Shown here one piece after another: positions 1 through 9,055 of a stretch of 64,000 nucleotides of DNA. How positions within the stretch are numbered: the first letter of the stretch is position 1; every line of letters starts with the position of its first letter. A model generated the notes under the pieces. That model was not told where the DNA came from, did no database searches, and saw only the letters and a list, made by a program, of their open reading frames with translations. The position numbers were made by a program, and so were the translations under genes. The stretch comes from a virus (taxonomy: Duplodnaviria; Caudoviricetes). The stretch is taken from positions 50,544-114,543 of IMG/VR virus record IMGVR_UViG_2687453119_000006; one strand, written 5' to 3'.

Positions 1-419
1 TTGGTGACGACGTCCGCCATCAAGCGCATGGATTGCGTCTTGAGCCGGGCGAGACCATCGATAAGGCGCGACCCCTTGACCTTCTTATCGATATACTCCG
101 CCGCCGCCTTGCGCCGCGTTTCCGGCTTCATTGCCGCGAAGGCGTCGACAATGTGCGCGGTATCGCGCCAAACCGGGTTGCCCTTGAAAGCGAACTCTTT
201 CAGGAAGGCGCGGAACGTGGCCTTATTGGCCTTAATGGAAGCGTCCGACTCGAGCGTTTCGCCCGTTTCCATCCGTTCCAGCTGCTTAGCAGCCAGCACA
301 AGGCCAAGGGCCACGGTTGCGTCATAGCAGGCGGAGTCGACGTTCCCGACGCTCTTAACAGCGGCGTTAAGGGCAATCTGCCCCAGCGTCTTAGGGTTGT
401 TTGCGGGCGAGTTGGTCAT
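1..419 (-). CDS. Hypothetical protein, runs off the left edge (MTNSPANNPKTLGQIAL...)
   Basis: Manual translation: ATG at 419 with open frame to position 1; absent from the ORF track because no stop lies in the window. Confidence 0.7.
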   Translation of the reverse strand, partial: MTNSPANNPKTLGQIALNAAVKSVGNVDSACYDATVALGLVLAAKQLERMETGETLESDASIKANKATFRAFLKEFAFKGNPVWRDTAHIVDAFAAMKPETRRKAAAEYIDKKVKGSRLIDGLARLKTQSMRLMADVVT

Positions 420-444
420 GGTCTCTAGTCCTTTGCGTTTGTCC

Positions 445-861
445 GGAGGCCCGGAGGAAATTTGCCGTTTTGACAAACCTCCCCCGTTCCAAGAAACGTA
501 TGTTTCTCAGTCGGTTGCGCGTCTTGCGCGGGAGGCCCGGGCGCCGCGTTGCGTCCGTAGATCAACCATAGGACTCAACTCGATTTGATCCAATGGAAAA
601 AATCGCACCATCTAACATATTGAAAACACAACGTTATTTCAGCTTTCCATTTCGAACAATGCAAATGAAAACCAATGATTTGCGCAAGAATTCTACAGTG
701 ATATCAGAGACTTATCGGCATGGTTTGCACGATTCGAAATAGCCTTTGCAATTCGACGTCTTGACACTGTCAAGATTGAGCACAAAGAAAGAACATTTCG
801 GAATTTCATATTAGACTTTGGTCTAGTCTCAACAAAGAAAGAAAATTCCACGGAGGCCCGG
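445..861 (+). repeat. Three copies of GGAGGCCCGG (445, 531, 852) around an AT-rich intergenic stretch
   Basis: Exact 10-mers read directly. Confidence 0.6.
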
Positions 862-1225
862 TCAAGTAGAAGGATTTTTTTATTTGAGCATGCCCCTGTG
901 TGGAGCGTCACCCCGAAACTTTCGACCGCTAAAAGGCCATTTTCCAAGTCCACGCAGCATCTTCGCCAATCCCCCTCCAGGAGCATCAGCCGAGCCCGTC
1001 CATGAGCCTGGCGGCCCCGGTCCGATACTCTGGACCCCGAGCTGGAGCCACTCTGGGCGGCCCCCGCAGCGCGTCGCCGCGGCGACCCCCATTGGCGTTT
1101 GCATTAGCGCAAACGTCCGAGCAAATCAAGAGGGGGATGGCCTGAAAAAAGACCCCCTCGATCGGGAGGTTCACCCGCGCGCCGCCACCCCTAAAAGGCC
1201 ATTTGCGCCTTGGGCTCACGGCGGG

Positions 1226-1915
1226 CGTGGGTAGCGAGCGCTTCGCGCTACCGGAAGGACGCATCAATGGCCGCGTGGCCCCTGGTGGAAGGGGACCACA
1301 TCGCCGTCCGCTGCGCGGATCACGGCCCTGGCCATCGGCGTCGGGTCGAACCCGAGATCTGCGACCGCCTCGGCCACGCCCTGGCGCTGCAGCTCGGCGA
1401 CGATCGCCTCGGTCACCTTCATCAGCCTGGCCGTCTCGGCGGCGCTGTCGGTCATGGTCGTGCCCTCGGTAGAGCCGAGATCATAGCACCACGCCGGCCG
1501 TGGGTAGCGAGCGCTCCGCGCTACCGGAAAGACTCTCCCCGGAACGCGGCGGCGATCTCGTAACCCTCTCCGGGCGCACCTATATGGCCGGCACGTTTCA
1601 CGGCAGGAGGAGAACGAGATGTCGCTGAGCAACGAGTGGACCGAATGGCACCTGACGCCTGAGGGGTGGGTTCGCGGGACCGAGAAGGAAGACTTCCGAA
1701 CGATCAACCGCGAGCCTCCGCCCGATCGGGTGAAGACTGTCGTCTACAAGCAGCGCCTCGCCTCGGTCTATTCGAAGCTGGAAGAGGGCCACAGCGTCAC
1801 CTGGACCGCCAACGACAGCGCCGCGACATCCCGCCTTGAGACCAAATTCGGCCCCCGCCGCGCAATCTGTAGACCGTCGTCGTCGTCGAGCGCTTCGCGC
1901 TACTGGAAGAGACTC
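1226..1915 (+). repeat. REP-like palindromic repeat GGTAGCGAGCGCT(T/C)CGCGCTACCGGAA in three copies (1226-1260, 1499-1533, partial 1887-1915)
   Basis: Near-identical hairpin-forming copies flanking small ORFs. Confidence 0.75.
1264..1455 (-). CDS. Small hypothetical protein (MTDSAAETARL...)
   Basis: ATG at 1455 preceded by GAGGG; lies between two repeat copies. Confidence 0.6.
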   Translation of the reverse strand: MTDSAAETARLMKVTEAIVAELQRQGVAEAVADLGFDPTPMARAVIRAADGDVVPFHQGPRGH

Positions 1916-1963
1916 CCGGGCCGAGGCGGCCTCCGCGGAACCGAATCGGCTCTTTGGGCGTAA
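1619..1963 (+). CDS. Hypothetical protein; 3' end possibly frameshifted near 1850
   Basis: GGAGAG RBS and protein-like N-terminus; the tail after FGP reads through a repeat copy. Confidence 0.55.
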   Translation: MSLSNEWTEWHLTPEGWVRGTEKEDFRTINREPPPDRVKTVVYKQRLASVYSKLEEGHSVTWTANDSAATSRLETKFGPRRAICRPSSSSSASRYWKRLPGRGGLRGTESALWA

Positions 1964-1997
1964 TGTGTTTCGCGGGGGCATCCATCGGGGGAGAGCA

Positions 1998-2186
1998 GTG
2001 CCGAGTAAGGACTATCTCATCAGGCAGGTGGCCACGCTTCTCAAGTTTGCGAGGCTGACCAGCGACCCTAGCGTCGCCGCCGTGCTTCTCGACAAGGCTG
2101 CCGATCTTAACGAGAAGGTGGATGAGTTGCCGTCACTCCAGGCCGACATGAGCCCCAGTCCCCCAGACGTCCTGCCAACGGAATAG
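1998..2186 (+). CDS. Small rhizobial-type hypothetical protein (MPSKDYLIRQ...)
   Basis: GTG start after GGGGAG; amphipathic helical sequence. Confidence 0.6.
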   Translation: MPSKDYLIRQVATLLKFARLTSDPSVAAVLLDKAADLNEKVDELPSLQADMSPSPPDVLPTE

Positions 2187-2188
2187 CG

Positions 2189-2392
2189 ATGGCGCGTTTC
2201 TTCTTTAACCTTGAGGGTGGGCAAAATACGGAGGATCCAGGCGGGTTCGCATTCGAGACCGAGATTGATGCTTTCCGTGCGGCGGAAAGATTCGCGACGG
2301 AGTTGGGCAGTAGGCGGCCCACCTTGCGGGGCAATACCTGCGTGGTGGTCACCCGCAATGACCGGCGCGAGGTCTACTACGTCGGCGTGTGA
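2189..2392 (+). CDS. DUF6894-like small protein
   Basis: MARFFFNL...D..G N-terminal pattern typical of this family; 2 nt after previous gene. Confidence 0.65.
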   Translation: MARFFFNLEGGQNTEDPGGFAFETEIDAFRAAERFATELGSRRPTLRGNTCVVVTRNDRREVYYVGV

Positions 2393-2508
2393 GGGCAGCC
2401 ACCGGTCGCTTGCGTTACAGAATCCTTCACGACGACTCCAGAATGACGCCCGACTTTCGAGAACGGGGTTCATTGATTTATTAGAGTTTGGGCTTAGTGA
2501 ACTCGCTC

Positions 2509-2580
2509 ATGGAAAAGCGAGCTGCAGAGCGCAGGCGGGTGCTGAAGACCGGCGTGATAGAATTTCCCGGCGGTGCGTTT
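2509..2580 (+). pseudogene. N-terminal fragment of a PilZ-domain protein
   Basis: MEKRAAERRRVLKTGVIEFPGGAF contains an RxxxR motif, then similarity stops abruptly. Confidence 0.5.
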
Positions 2581-2707
2581 CGGCAGGGGGTCAAGCGCCG
2601 ATGGCCCGCTGTCATGAGCCACGAGTCAGCCGGCTCGATTGCGGGACGTGATGCCGCCACGTGATCGGCGAAGATGTGCCGATCACAGTCGCTGCAAGCA
2701 GCCGATC

Positions 2708-3754
2708 TTACCTTCGACGAGACCGACCTGAAGCTTTTGGAGCGGGCGTAGCGGTAGGAACAAGTGCCGCCGTCGGAGGAGGAACCGGTGTATACCGCTC
2801 TGTTGCGGCGACTCGACCACTAATGCGAATCTCAACGTCGCAATCGCCCGTCGCCGCCCAAACCTCAACGCATATTTCCTCAGGTGTATCTCTCGTTACA
2901 CTCCAGCCGCTCCGGCCTCCTGTAGAAAGATCGACCAAATGACCGCTACCTGGCTCCAGATAAGCTTCAGGCTTGCTGGGATGTATACAACCTGAGCTCG
3001 TGCGCCGCTGACACCAACCGTCTTCTCTGCCACTTCCGCCCGACGATATCGCAATGGGCTTACTTTCCGAAATTGCCACCTTGCGAGGTTCGGGGACATC
3101 ACCCAGCAGATAGAGCGTCTTTTCCTTTTTGCCGACTTCTAGCGTCACAACGGTGTCATCATAGGGAGAGTTCTTCTTAACATCGATCGGTTGGGGGTCG
3201 CCTTTTGTCCAAGATCCGGGGTCTGGCTTTCTGATCAATGTGCCGCCCGTGATATTCCAGTAAGTCTCTCTCGCTTTCGCTTCTCCAGCATTATCGCCGA
3301 TCCAGAAGGCATTGAGCGTGTAGAAGGTTTTCACGCGCTTCGCGACCCACATTCGAAGACCTGCGCCCTGCTTGTCTGCGTTCAGGCAATTCGAATACAT
3401 TTCAGCAGCCTTCTCTGACAGCTGCTGTGAGCTGTATTGGAGATACTGAGATCGTTCGTAGTCAAGCTTGCGGGTCTGAGCTTCCTTCAATGCAGCCTGC
3501 TTCGCTTCGTCATAGTTGAGAGAGCCGTTATATAGCCCGTATCCGCCGGCCACTCCCCAAGACTTCCTCGCGGCTTCATATTGCTCCTTGGTGGCTGTCA
3601 GCAGGAAGGAGATCTTCAACTGCTCGCTCCAAGTGATGTTAGTGATGTCCTTGACCATAAACTCTGCCGGGACGCACTCCGAGCGAGCGCCCGCAGTTGA
3701 AAGAAGAAGAAAACCGACGGCCGAAGCGGACTTAAATAGAGACCTCATTGCCAA
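2708..3754 (-). CDS. Secreted hypothetical protein (moron-like)
   Basis: 348-aa ORF with a signal-peptide-like N-terminus and several Cys; AT-richer than flanks. Confidence 0.75.
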   Translation of the reverse strand: MAMRSLFKSASAVGFLLLSTAGARSECVPAEFMVKDITNITWSEQLKISFLLTATKEQYEAARKSWGVAGGYGLYNGSLNYDEAKQAALKEAQTRKLDYERSQYLQYSSQQLSEKAAEMYSNCLNADKQGAGLRMWVAKRVKTFYTLNAFWIGDNAGEAKARETYWNITGGTLIRKPDPGSWTKGDPQPIDVKKNSPYDDTVVTLEVGKKEKTLYLLGDVPEPRKVAISESKPIAISSGGSGREDGWCQRRTSSGCIHPSKPEAYLEPGSGHLVDLSTGGRSGWSVTRDTPEEICVEVWAATGDCDVEIRISGRVAATERYTPVPPPTAALVPTATPAPKASGRSRRR

Positions 3755-3912
3755 CCTCCATTTTGCAAATGCACAAGGTTACGCCGATAAGAGCGATCGT
3801 AGCACGTCGTGCATCCAGCAATAGACTGGTTGCAGAAAATAATTCGTACATCCATATGGTGCGCTGCAAATGCAATCCATAGAGCTGCCGTCGTCCGTAT
3901 CAAGGAGGACGG

Positions 3913-4032
3913 ATGGTCGATCACGTCATGAAGATGGAAGATGCCGTTGCGCTGATCGATGCCCGCGCTCCGGCTCAGGTTCGCGGCTCCTACAAGAAGC
4001 GCGAAGCGGTCGAAAATTCAAACTGAGACACC
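3913..4032 (+). pseudogene. Remnant of an IS1-family transposase C-terminus with right inverted repeat
   Basis: VDHVMKMEDAVALIDARAP...RGSYKKR...ENSN* overlapping TTCAAACTGAGACAC resembles ends of alphaproteobacterial IS1-family elements (from recall). Confidence 0.5.
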
Positions 4033-4054
4033 TGCGTCGAGCGTCTCAAGAAGC

Positions 4055-4651
4055 TCAGAATTGATCTTGGACGCGACTGAAGGCTGGGTGCTGGCGGTTC
4101 TTCACCTTGATCCACTCGCAGGTCCGCGGCCGGTAGCGCCGCTCACGGTGCTTGCTCACCAAACCCTCGAGACCCATGCGGCAGGCCGCCCAGAATAGAT
4201 CTGGCCCGATCTCACCCTGCTCGAACGGCGCCACGAAGATGCCCTCGGGTCGGCGGTGCAGGAGCTTTGCCAGCCGGCTCTTGCGCTCGAACAGCGGCAG
4301 GTCCCGCAGGTCGTCGCCATCGAGCACGACCAGGTCGAAGGCATAGAGCTGGGCGTCGTCGTTGTAGTGGCCGGAGTGCAGCCAGTCGAACTGCGAGATG
4401 CCGCGCACGTCGAGCACGCAGATCTCGCCATCAATGACGAAACGCTGCTGCTTCATCTTCAGAGCCGCCTCGACGATCATCGGATAGCGCCAGGTCCAGT
4501 CGAGGCCAGCCTTCGAGAGCACCTTCACATCCTTGCCATCGCGGACCACGCGCCCGCGGTAGCCGTCGTACTTCACCTCATGGATCCAATCGGGGCCGGC
4601 CGGGACCACCTTCTTGGCCGCCGGCCGGCAGAACTCGAACTTTGTGGGCAT
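4055..4651 (-). CDS. ATP-dependent DNA ligase, LigD-like adenylation domain only
   Basis: Motifs HEVKYDGYR, IDGEI, YAFDL, EGLVSK, WIKVK. Confidence 0.9.
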   Translation of the reverse strand: MPTKFEFCRPAAKKVVPAGPDWIHEVKYDGYRGRVVRDGKDVKVLSKAGLDWTWRYPMIVEAALKMKQQRFVIDGEICVLDVRGISQFDWLHSGHYNDDAQLYAFDLVVLDGDDLRDLPLFERKSRLAKLLHRRPEGIFVAPFEQGEIGPDLFWAACRMGLEGLVSKHRERRYRPRTCEWIKVKNRQHPAFSRVQDQF

Positions 4652-4698
4652 GGCCGGTATCTATGCATTGAGCGGCAAGAAAAAAGCTATTCTCTGCA

Positions 4699-5439
4699 TT
4701 AGTCACGCGCCATCGGCTCCGTCTCCCCCCAGTCGTTTGGATCGTGTAGTTTGGGTTCGCATAATTCTCCACCAAAGCATGACTGATTGACCTCGGAGAG
4801 GTGCTTAATGTTCTCCCAACGTTGCAGTAGGCAATCAATCTGGAAGAGTTCGAATTTCGAGAAGGGTATCTCCATCACTCCCTTCTCCTCGGTTCTGATG
4901 GCCACTCTCACGATTTTCCAGCCTCCTTTTGGGTCAATACATTCGGTCCACCGCTCCGAAATCACACTCACAAGCCCGCTGAACGCCGCATCGAATGCTC
5001 TCTTCAGGGCCCACGAGGACGCTGCTGCGGTCACTACTGGATGATTTTGGGCCAAGTGCCGCGCGAAGTCCGCGTAGTAGTGGAGATCGGGAATGAACAC
5101 CTCTAGTCCGGTCTCATGCGTCAGAAGCACGAACTTCAGGCCGATCTCTTTTCCCGCATCATCCAGGCATGGCACTTGCAGGAAATAAGACCACGATGGC
5201 AGTGTACGATATTCATCCCAAAGCGTTATTTTCTCAGAAAGCTTTCTCATTTTTGCGCCGAGTTCTTGCTCTATTTCGGCAACAAGCTTTGCGTAGTTAG
5301 ACTTCTCTACGACATGAAAATCGGGAATGAACTTAATTGCAATCTTGTAATCTTTGTAGATTTCTCGCTTCGAACTGTAGATCTTGGGTTCGGTCTGATC
5401 GGTCACCATAGCAACCTCCCTAGGTTGAACCTTTGGCAA
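4699..5439 (-). CDS. Hypothetical protein
   Basis: 246-aa ORF, AT-richer; start may be about 5409. Confidence 0.65.
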   Translation of the reverse strand: MPKVQPREVAMVTDQTEPKIYSSKREIYKDYKIAIKFIPDFHVVEKSNYAKLVAEIEQELGAKMRKLSEKITLWDEYRTLPSWSYFLQVPCLDDAGKEIGLKFVLLTHETGLEVFIPDLHYYADFARHLAQNHPVVTAAASSWALKRAFDAAFSGLVSVISERWTECIDPKGGWKIVRVAIRTEEKGVMEIPFSKFELFQIDCLLQRWENIKHLSEVNQSCFGGELCEPKLHDPNDWGETEPMARD

Positions 5440-5477
5440 AACCTACCCGGAGCCGCGGTCCGGGTTGACCAACTGTA

Positions 5478-5825
5478 TCAGAACTCCCTCAGGGGCAGCA
5501 GCAGCTGCACGCCGATTGGCCGGCCGGTGAAGCGCTCGATGAACTCCCGCACCGTCTCTGTGACCTCATGCCCTTCGGCGACCCGCTGCTCCAGCTCCTT
5601 GGCGACATCTTCGGAGGCGTCGCGCGACCAGCCTTCAAGCGGATTGAACGCCACCACGCGCAGCGGATGCTCGTATTGGCCGGTGAGGAGGTCGCTGATC
5701 AGGGTCCGGTAGTCAGTCCGGTCCTCGTCCGTCTCACGCCACGCCGGGCCGCTGCTGAAATCCTCCAGCACCAGGTACATGTCCCGGTCGAGCCGGTCTG
5801 CTGGGATGATCGAGGGCGAGGCCAT
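5478..5825 (-). CDS. Conserved rhizobial hypothetical protein (MASPSIIPADRLD...)
   Basis: GGAG RBS before ATG 5825; YLVLEDF...VVAFN..EGWSRDASED pattern. Confidence 0.7.
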   Translation of the reverse strand: MASPSIIPADRLDRDMYLVLEDFSSGPAWRETDEDRTDYRTLISDLLTGQYEHPLRVVAFNPLEGWSRDASEDVAKELEQRVAEGHEVTETVREFIERFTGRPIGVQLLLPLREF

Positions 5826-5865
5826 ACGCTGAACTCCACTGACCGGAGTCCAAGGTATGGCGCTG

Positions 5866-6132
5866 TTAACCCAAATGCGAGCCGCTTCCGTCGAGAATCC
5901 TGACGTAGGTGCCGCTCTCGTGCAGGAACAGGATCTTGCGATCGACGAGGAGGTCGAGGCCGGCCTTGTACTCGGCCGCCGTGCCCTTGTCGCGGAAGAG
6001 GAATGGGTAGTTGATCTTCTCGATGTGCAGCCGGCCGTCCTGCACCGGCTCGACCTCCCGGCAAATCTCCAGGAGCCGCCTGGCAGCAGCCTCTGGCTTC
6101 GCATAAGGCCGTTCCTCGATCATCTTCTTCAT
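5866..6132 (-). CDS. Hypothetical protein, possible winged-helix fold
   Basis: MKKMIEERPY...LHESGTYVR; start overlaps the stop of the upstream gene. Confidence 0.65.
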   Translation of the reverse strand: MKKMIEERPYAKPEAAARRLLEICREVEPVQDGRLHIEKINYPFLFRDKGTAAEYKAGLDLLVDRKILFLHESGTYVRILDGSGSHLG

Positions 6133-6572
6133 GCGCCAATTCCCCGGTGGTTGGTGCGGACGTGGTCCGGAATGCCGGCATCCGTGATTTCGGCGCCGCA
6201 GAAGCATCTCGACCGGCCTGAAGTCCGCTGCGTCGGCAGCTGCAGGTGCTCGTCGTGCATCCGGCCCTTCCAGGCTTGGAAGTCGCGGTTCTGCCGCCAC
6301 AGCTCGTAGTGCGCCTCGGTACGGGTTGCTGACAGCTGCCGCCAGGCCTCCTCGAAGCCGGCGCGCGCGTCATCGAAGGTCTCGCCGGTTCCGTGGGTCT
6401 GCTGGCCGGGATCGCAGCCAGGATAGAACCCACAGCTCCAGCCCCATTGCGTGGCGTGCGTGGGCACGCCAGCTCTCCGGCCGATGTGGCCGACCCGGAC
6501 GTCCCCGAAGTAGACGAACCAGCCACCCTGGTGGTGTGGATCATTGTCCGGCCGACGTGTGAGCTGAGGCAT
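6129..6572 (-). CDS. Hypothetical protein with C-terminal CxC...H motif
   Basis: 147-aa ORF coupled to the downstream gene. Confidence 0.7.
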   Translation of the reverse strand: MPQLTRRPDNDPHHQGGWFVYFGDVRVGHIGRRAGVPTHATQWGWSCGFYPGCDPGQQTHGTGETFDDARAGFEEAWRQLSATRTEAHYELWRQNRDFQAWKGRMHDEHLQLPTQRTSGRSRCFCGAEITDAGIPDHVRTNHRGIGA

Positions 6573-6680
6573 AGTGCAGAGATCCGAAGATCCGATGATC
6601 CGATGGGGCGGGGGCGCTTCGCGCCCAGGACCGTACCGTAACAGGGCCGGCGCGCGCGGTGGTTTTCGTTCGATTGACCG

Positions 6681-6741
6681 TGTCGGCCTCGCCGACAGGG
6701 TATGTCGGTTATCCCGACACGCCGTGTCGGCCTCGCCGACA
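6681..6741. repeat. Three tandem palindromes TGTCGG-N5-CCGACA at exact 22-bp spacing
   Basis: Copies start at 6681, 6703, 6725; followed by an AT-rich tract (about 6742-6820). Confidence 0.85.
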
Positions 6742-6902
6742 TCTTGAACCGTGTATATTACTATCCGTAGATATTAGACTCCTATGGTTCAGTAGACTCT
6801 ACTTAAGAACCAAGAGTGTAATGCGCGCTGCGCGCGTTTGCATTTCCTCCTCTGTCAGAAAAAGCCGTAACCTTTTTGCAACAGTCGGCCTGGGTGCCCG
6901 CA

Positions 6903-7057
6903 TTTGCATGACTGCAAAGGTGCTCTTGACAAAACCGGGGGATGGCCGTAGGAAAGGGGCTACATTGGCATTCGTGCAAACGAGAATGGGACCAGCAGGT
7001 CGGCATCCATAACCCCCGGGCAGGGAACTCGTGTCCGGACGTTTGCACGAATGCAAG
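6903..7057. promoter_or_regulatory. Cluster of three TTTGCA-N4-TGCAAA operator-like sites (6903, 6965, 7042) in a divergent intergenic region
   Basis: tttgcatgactgcaaa, ttggcattcgtgcaaa, tttgcacgaatgcaag; TTGACA between the first two. Confidence 0.7.
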
Positions 7058-7081
7058 TATTTCGAAGGGAGCGCTCCGACC

Positions 7082-7228
7082 ATGATGACCGATCTCATGT
7101 TCGTAGCCGCACTAGGCCAACTGACGATCCAGCTTCTGACGCTGTGCTTCGGCGCGATGCTGATCCTGGCCGGAGCGCTCCTGCTGACGAGATGGATGGC
7201 CTCGGCCTCCGCCGATCTCGAAGACTGA
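7082..7228 (+). CDS. Small membrane protein
   Basis: GGGAG RBS; hydrophobic stretch. Confidence 0.5.
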   Translation: MMTDLMFVAALGQLTIQLLTLCFGAMLILAGALLLTRWMASASADLED

Positions 7229-7285
7229 GTTTCACAGAGCCCGTAGCAATGCCCTCGGCAGCTCGGGTCACCATTTGGGGGCGTC

Positions 7286-7558
7286 ATGGCCGACGACAAG
7301 GAACAGATCAGACTGCTCGACCTCGCGCTTGATGCGCTGGAGGACGAGCTGAAGAGCTGGACCCGTCTCGGCACTTGGAAGACCGGCGTCACCCGCCTTG
7401 TGCGCAATCCGCTGCGCGCCGCGCCGATCGGCGCACCGGTCGACAAGGACGCCGAGATCTCGTTCATCGACGTGCCGGACAGCGAGGTCAACGGCATCCT
7501 GACCCGCGTCGCCATGGACAAGGTCGTCACTGTGCTCCGCAAGGAGCTGCTGGGATGA
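7286..7558 (+). CDS. Phage hypothetical protein
   Basis: High-GC3 codon pattern; ATGA-coupled to next gene. Confidence 0.7.
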   Translation: MADDKEQIRLLDLALDALEDELKSWTRLGTWKTGVTRLVRNPLRAAPIGAPVDKDAEISFIDVPDSEVNGILTRVAMDKVVTVLRKELLG

Positions 7559-7794
7559 ACGTCGGCGAGTTTCTGCTGATCGCCGGCTGCTCGATCATCA
7601 TCGCGGCCGGCATCACTGCCTGGCGCTTCAGACCGAAGCCTCGGGTCTCGGGCTGGTCCGCCGAGGACGTCGAGCTGCTGACCATGCCGGCGCACGAGCG
7701 TGTCGCTCGCCAGCTCTGCTGCTTCCACGGCCAGCCCGAATGGCGCCGATACACGGCGCTCGCCGTCGCCACGATCTTGCAGAGGAAGCCATGA
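7555..7794 (+). CDS. Small membrane protein (MNVGEFLL...)
   Basis: ATGA overlaps on both sides; N-terminal TM segment. Confidence 0.6.
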   Translation: MNVGEFLLIAGCSIIIAAGITAWRFRPKPRVSGWSAEDVELLTMPAHERVARQLCCFHGQPEWRRYTALAVATILQRKP

Positions 7795-7925
7795 CCCGTC
7801 GCCGCCAGTTGCAGTTCATCCGCGCGCAAATCCGCGCAGAGTTTCACGACCGCCTGACCCGCACGGTGCTCATCGCCTTCAGCATCTGCGCCGCCGCCAA
7901 CCTCCTGTTCGGCGGCATCCACTGA
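7791..7925 (+). CDS. Small membrane protein (MTRRRQL...)
   Basis: GAGG RBS, ATGA overlap. Confidence 0.5.
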   Translation: MTRRRQLQFIRAQIRAEFHDRLTRTVLIAFSICAAANLLFGGIH

Positions 7926-7988
7926 TTACCAAGAGCCCGCTGACTGCCCCGAGCAGCGCGGGTCCACCCTTCACCAAGAGGTCTGACG

Positions 7989-8171
7989 ATGGCGAGATCG
8001 ACATACATCTACACCGTCATGACCAACGGCGCTCCTGAGGCGGCGTTCACCGTCAAGCACGAGCTGGTCACCTATCTGGGCAAGCGAGACCCAATCCGGC
8101 CGCCGTACGTCCTCTACCAGCTCCGAGACGGCGGCAAGCAACCCGAACTCACGAGGATCATCGAGCTGTGA
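7989..8171 (+). CDS. Phage hypothetical protein
   Basis: GAGG RBS; coupled to next gene. Confidence 0.6.
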   Translation: MARSTYIYTVMTNGAPEAAFTVKHELVTYLGKRDPIRPPYVLYQLRDGGKQPELTRIIEL

Positions 8172-8401
8172 CCAAGGCCGGTGCCGATCCGATCTCGACA
8201 TCACCGCTCGCCGCGATCGCGCTGCAAGCCATCACCCAGCTCGACAAGCTCGTCGGGCCGGTCGAGGCGCAGTTCTGGATGCAGCGGTCCAACGACTTTC
8301 TCGGCGGTGTCACACCGATCACCGCCATCAAGGAACGACGCACCGCCGACGTCATGTCCGCGGTGCGCCTCGTCGCCCTCGAAAAGGGGCTCTTCGAGTA
8401 G
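8168..8401 (+). CDS. MbcA/ParS/Xre antitoxin C-terminal (DUF2384-like) domain protein
   Basis: A..WM...N..LGG.TP...I pattern. Confidence 0.6.
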   Translation: MTKAGADPISTSPLAAIALQAITQLDKLVGPVEAQFWMQRSNDFLGGVTPITAIKERRTADVMSAVRLVALEKGLFE

Positions 8402-8415
8402 CCCCGCAAGGGGAG

Positions 8416-8670
8416 ATGAACTTGAAGGACCGCTACGCACTCGTCGCTGCGACCGAGCATACCGCCCGGCAATACCTCAGCGCCTTCGATCTCAAGGATT
8501 GGGAAGCCTACGGCTACACCGCCGCGGTGACCGGCGCCCGCTTCGAGCGCCTCGTCATCATGCGCCCGCACTGGAACGCAACCGGCGCAGAGCTGGCGAA
8601 GTTCGAGACCGAGTTCGTGCCCAACTGGGCCACGCGCGTACCGCCCGAGGGCGTCTACAGGGTGATCTGA
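8416..8670 (+). CDS. Phage hypothetical protein
   Basis: GGGAG RBS; codon pattern. Confidence 0.7.
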   Translation: MNLKDRYALVAATEHTARQYLSAFDLKDWEAYGYTAAVTGARFERLVIMRPHWNATGAELAKFETEFVPNWATRVPPEGVYRVI

Positions 8671-8813
8671 TGAACCAGAACATCGTCAGCATCGTCTGTG
8701 CTGCCGTCCTGGTCTTCGCGACCGCCATCAACATCTTCGCCGCGGTCAAGCTGACGCGCGCCGAGGACAAGGTCAGCAACATCTTCTGTGTCGAGGCGCC
8801 GCAAGGGCGCTGA
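8670..8813 (+). CDS. Small membrane protein (MNQNIVS...)
   Basis: TGATG coupling; hydrophobic helix. Confidence 0.5.
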   Translation: MNQNIVSIVCAAVLVFATAINIFAAVKLTRAEDKVSNIFCVEAPQGR

Positions 8814-9055
8814 GGAGCGCTCATGCCGTTTCCGTTTTCCGTATTCCTTTTCAGCTACGTCATCTGGCAGGCCTCGATCGAGCGGGCTTTCCTCTACACC
8901 CCCGTCGAGGTGCGCCAGTGAGATGCTTCAAGACATTTGACCGTCTTCTCCTCCTCGCGCCCCTAATGCTCGTCATTGCAGCCGTCGTGGCGCTGCACCT
9001 GATCTGCCTGTTGTTCGGCTAGAGCACCCCCGGCGCGCAACCGAGCCACGCCAAA

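Noticed and set aside
1226-1915. Repeats considered as a CRISPR array or integron attC sites
   Set aside because: Spacers are hundreds of bp and contain ORFs; no cas or integron integrase gene; no clear attC core sites
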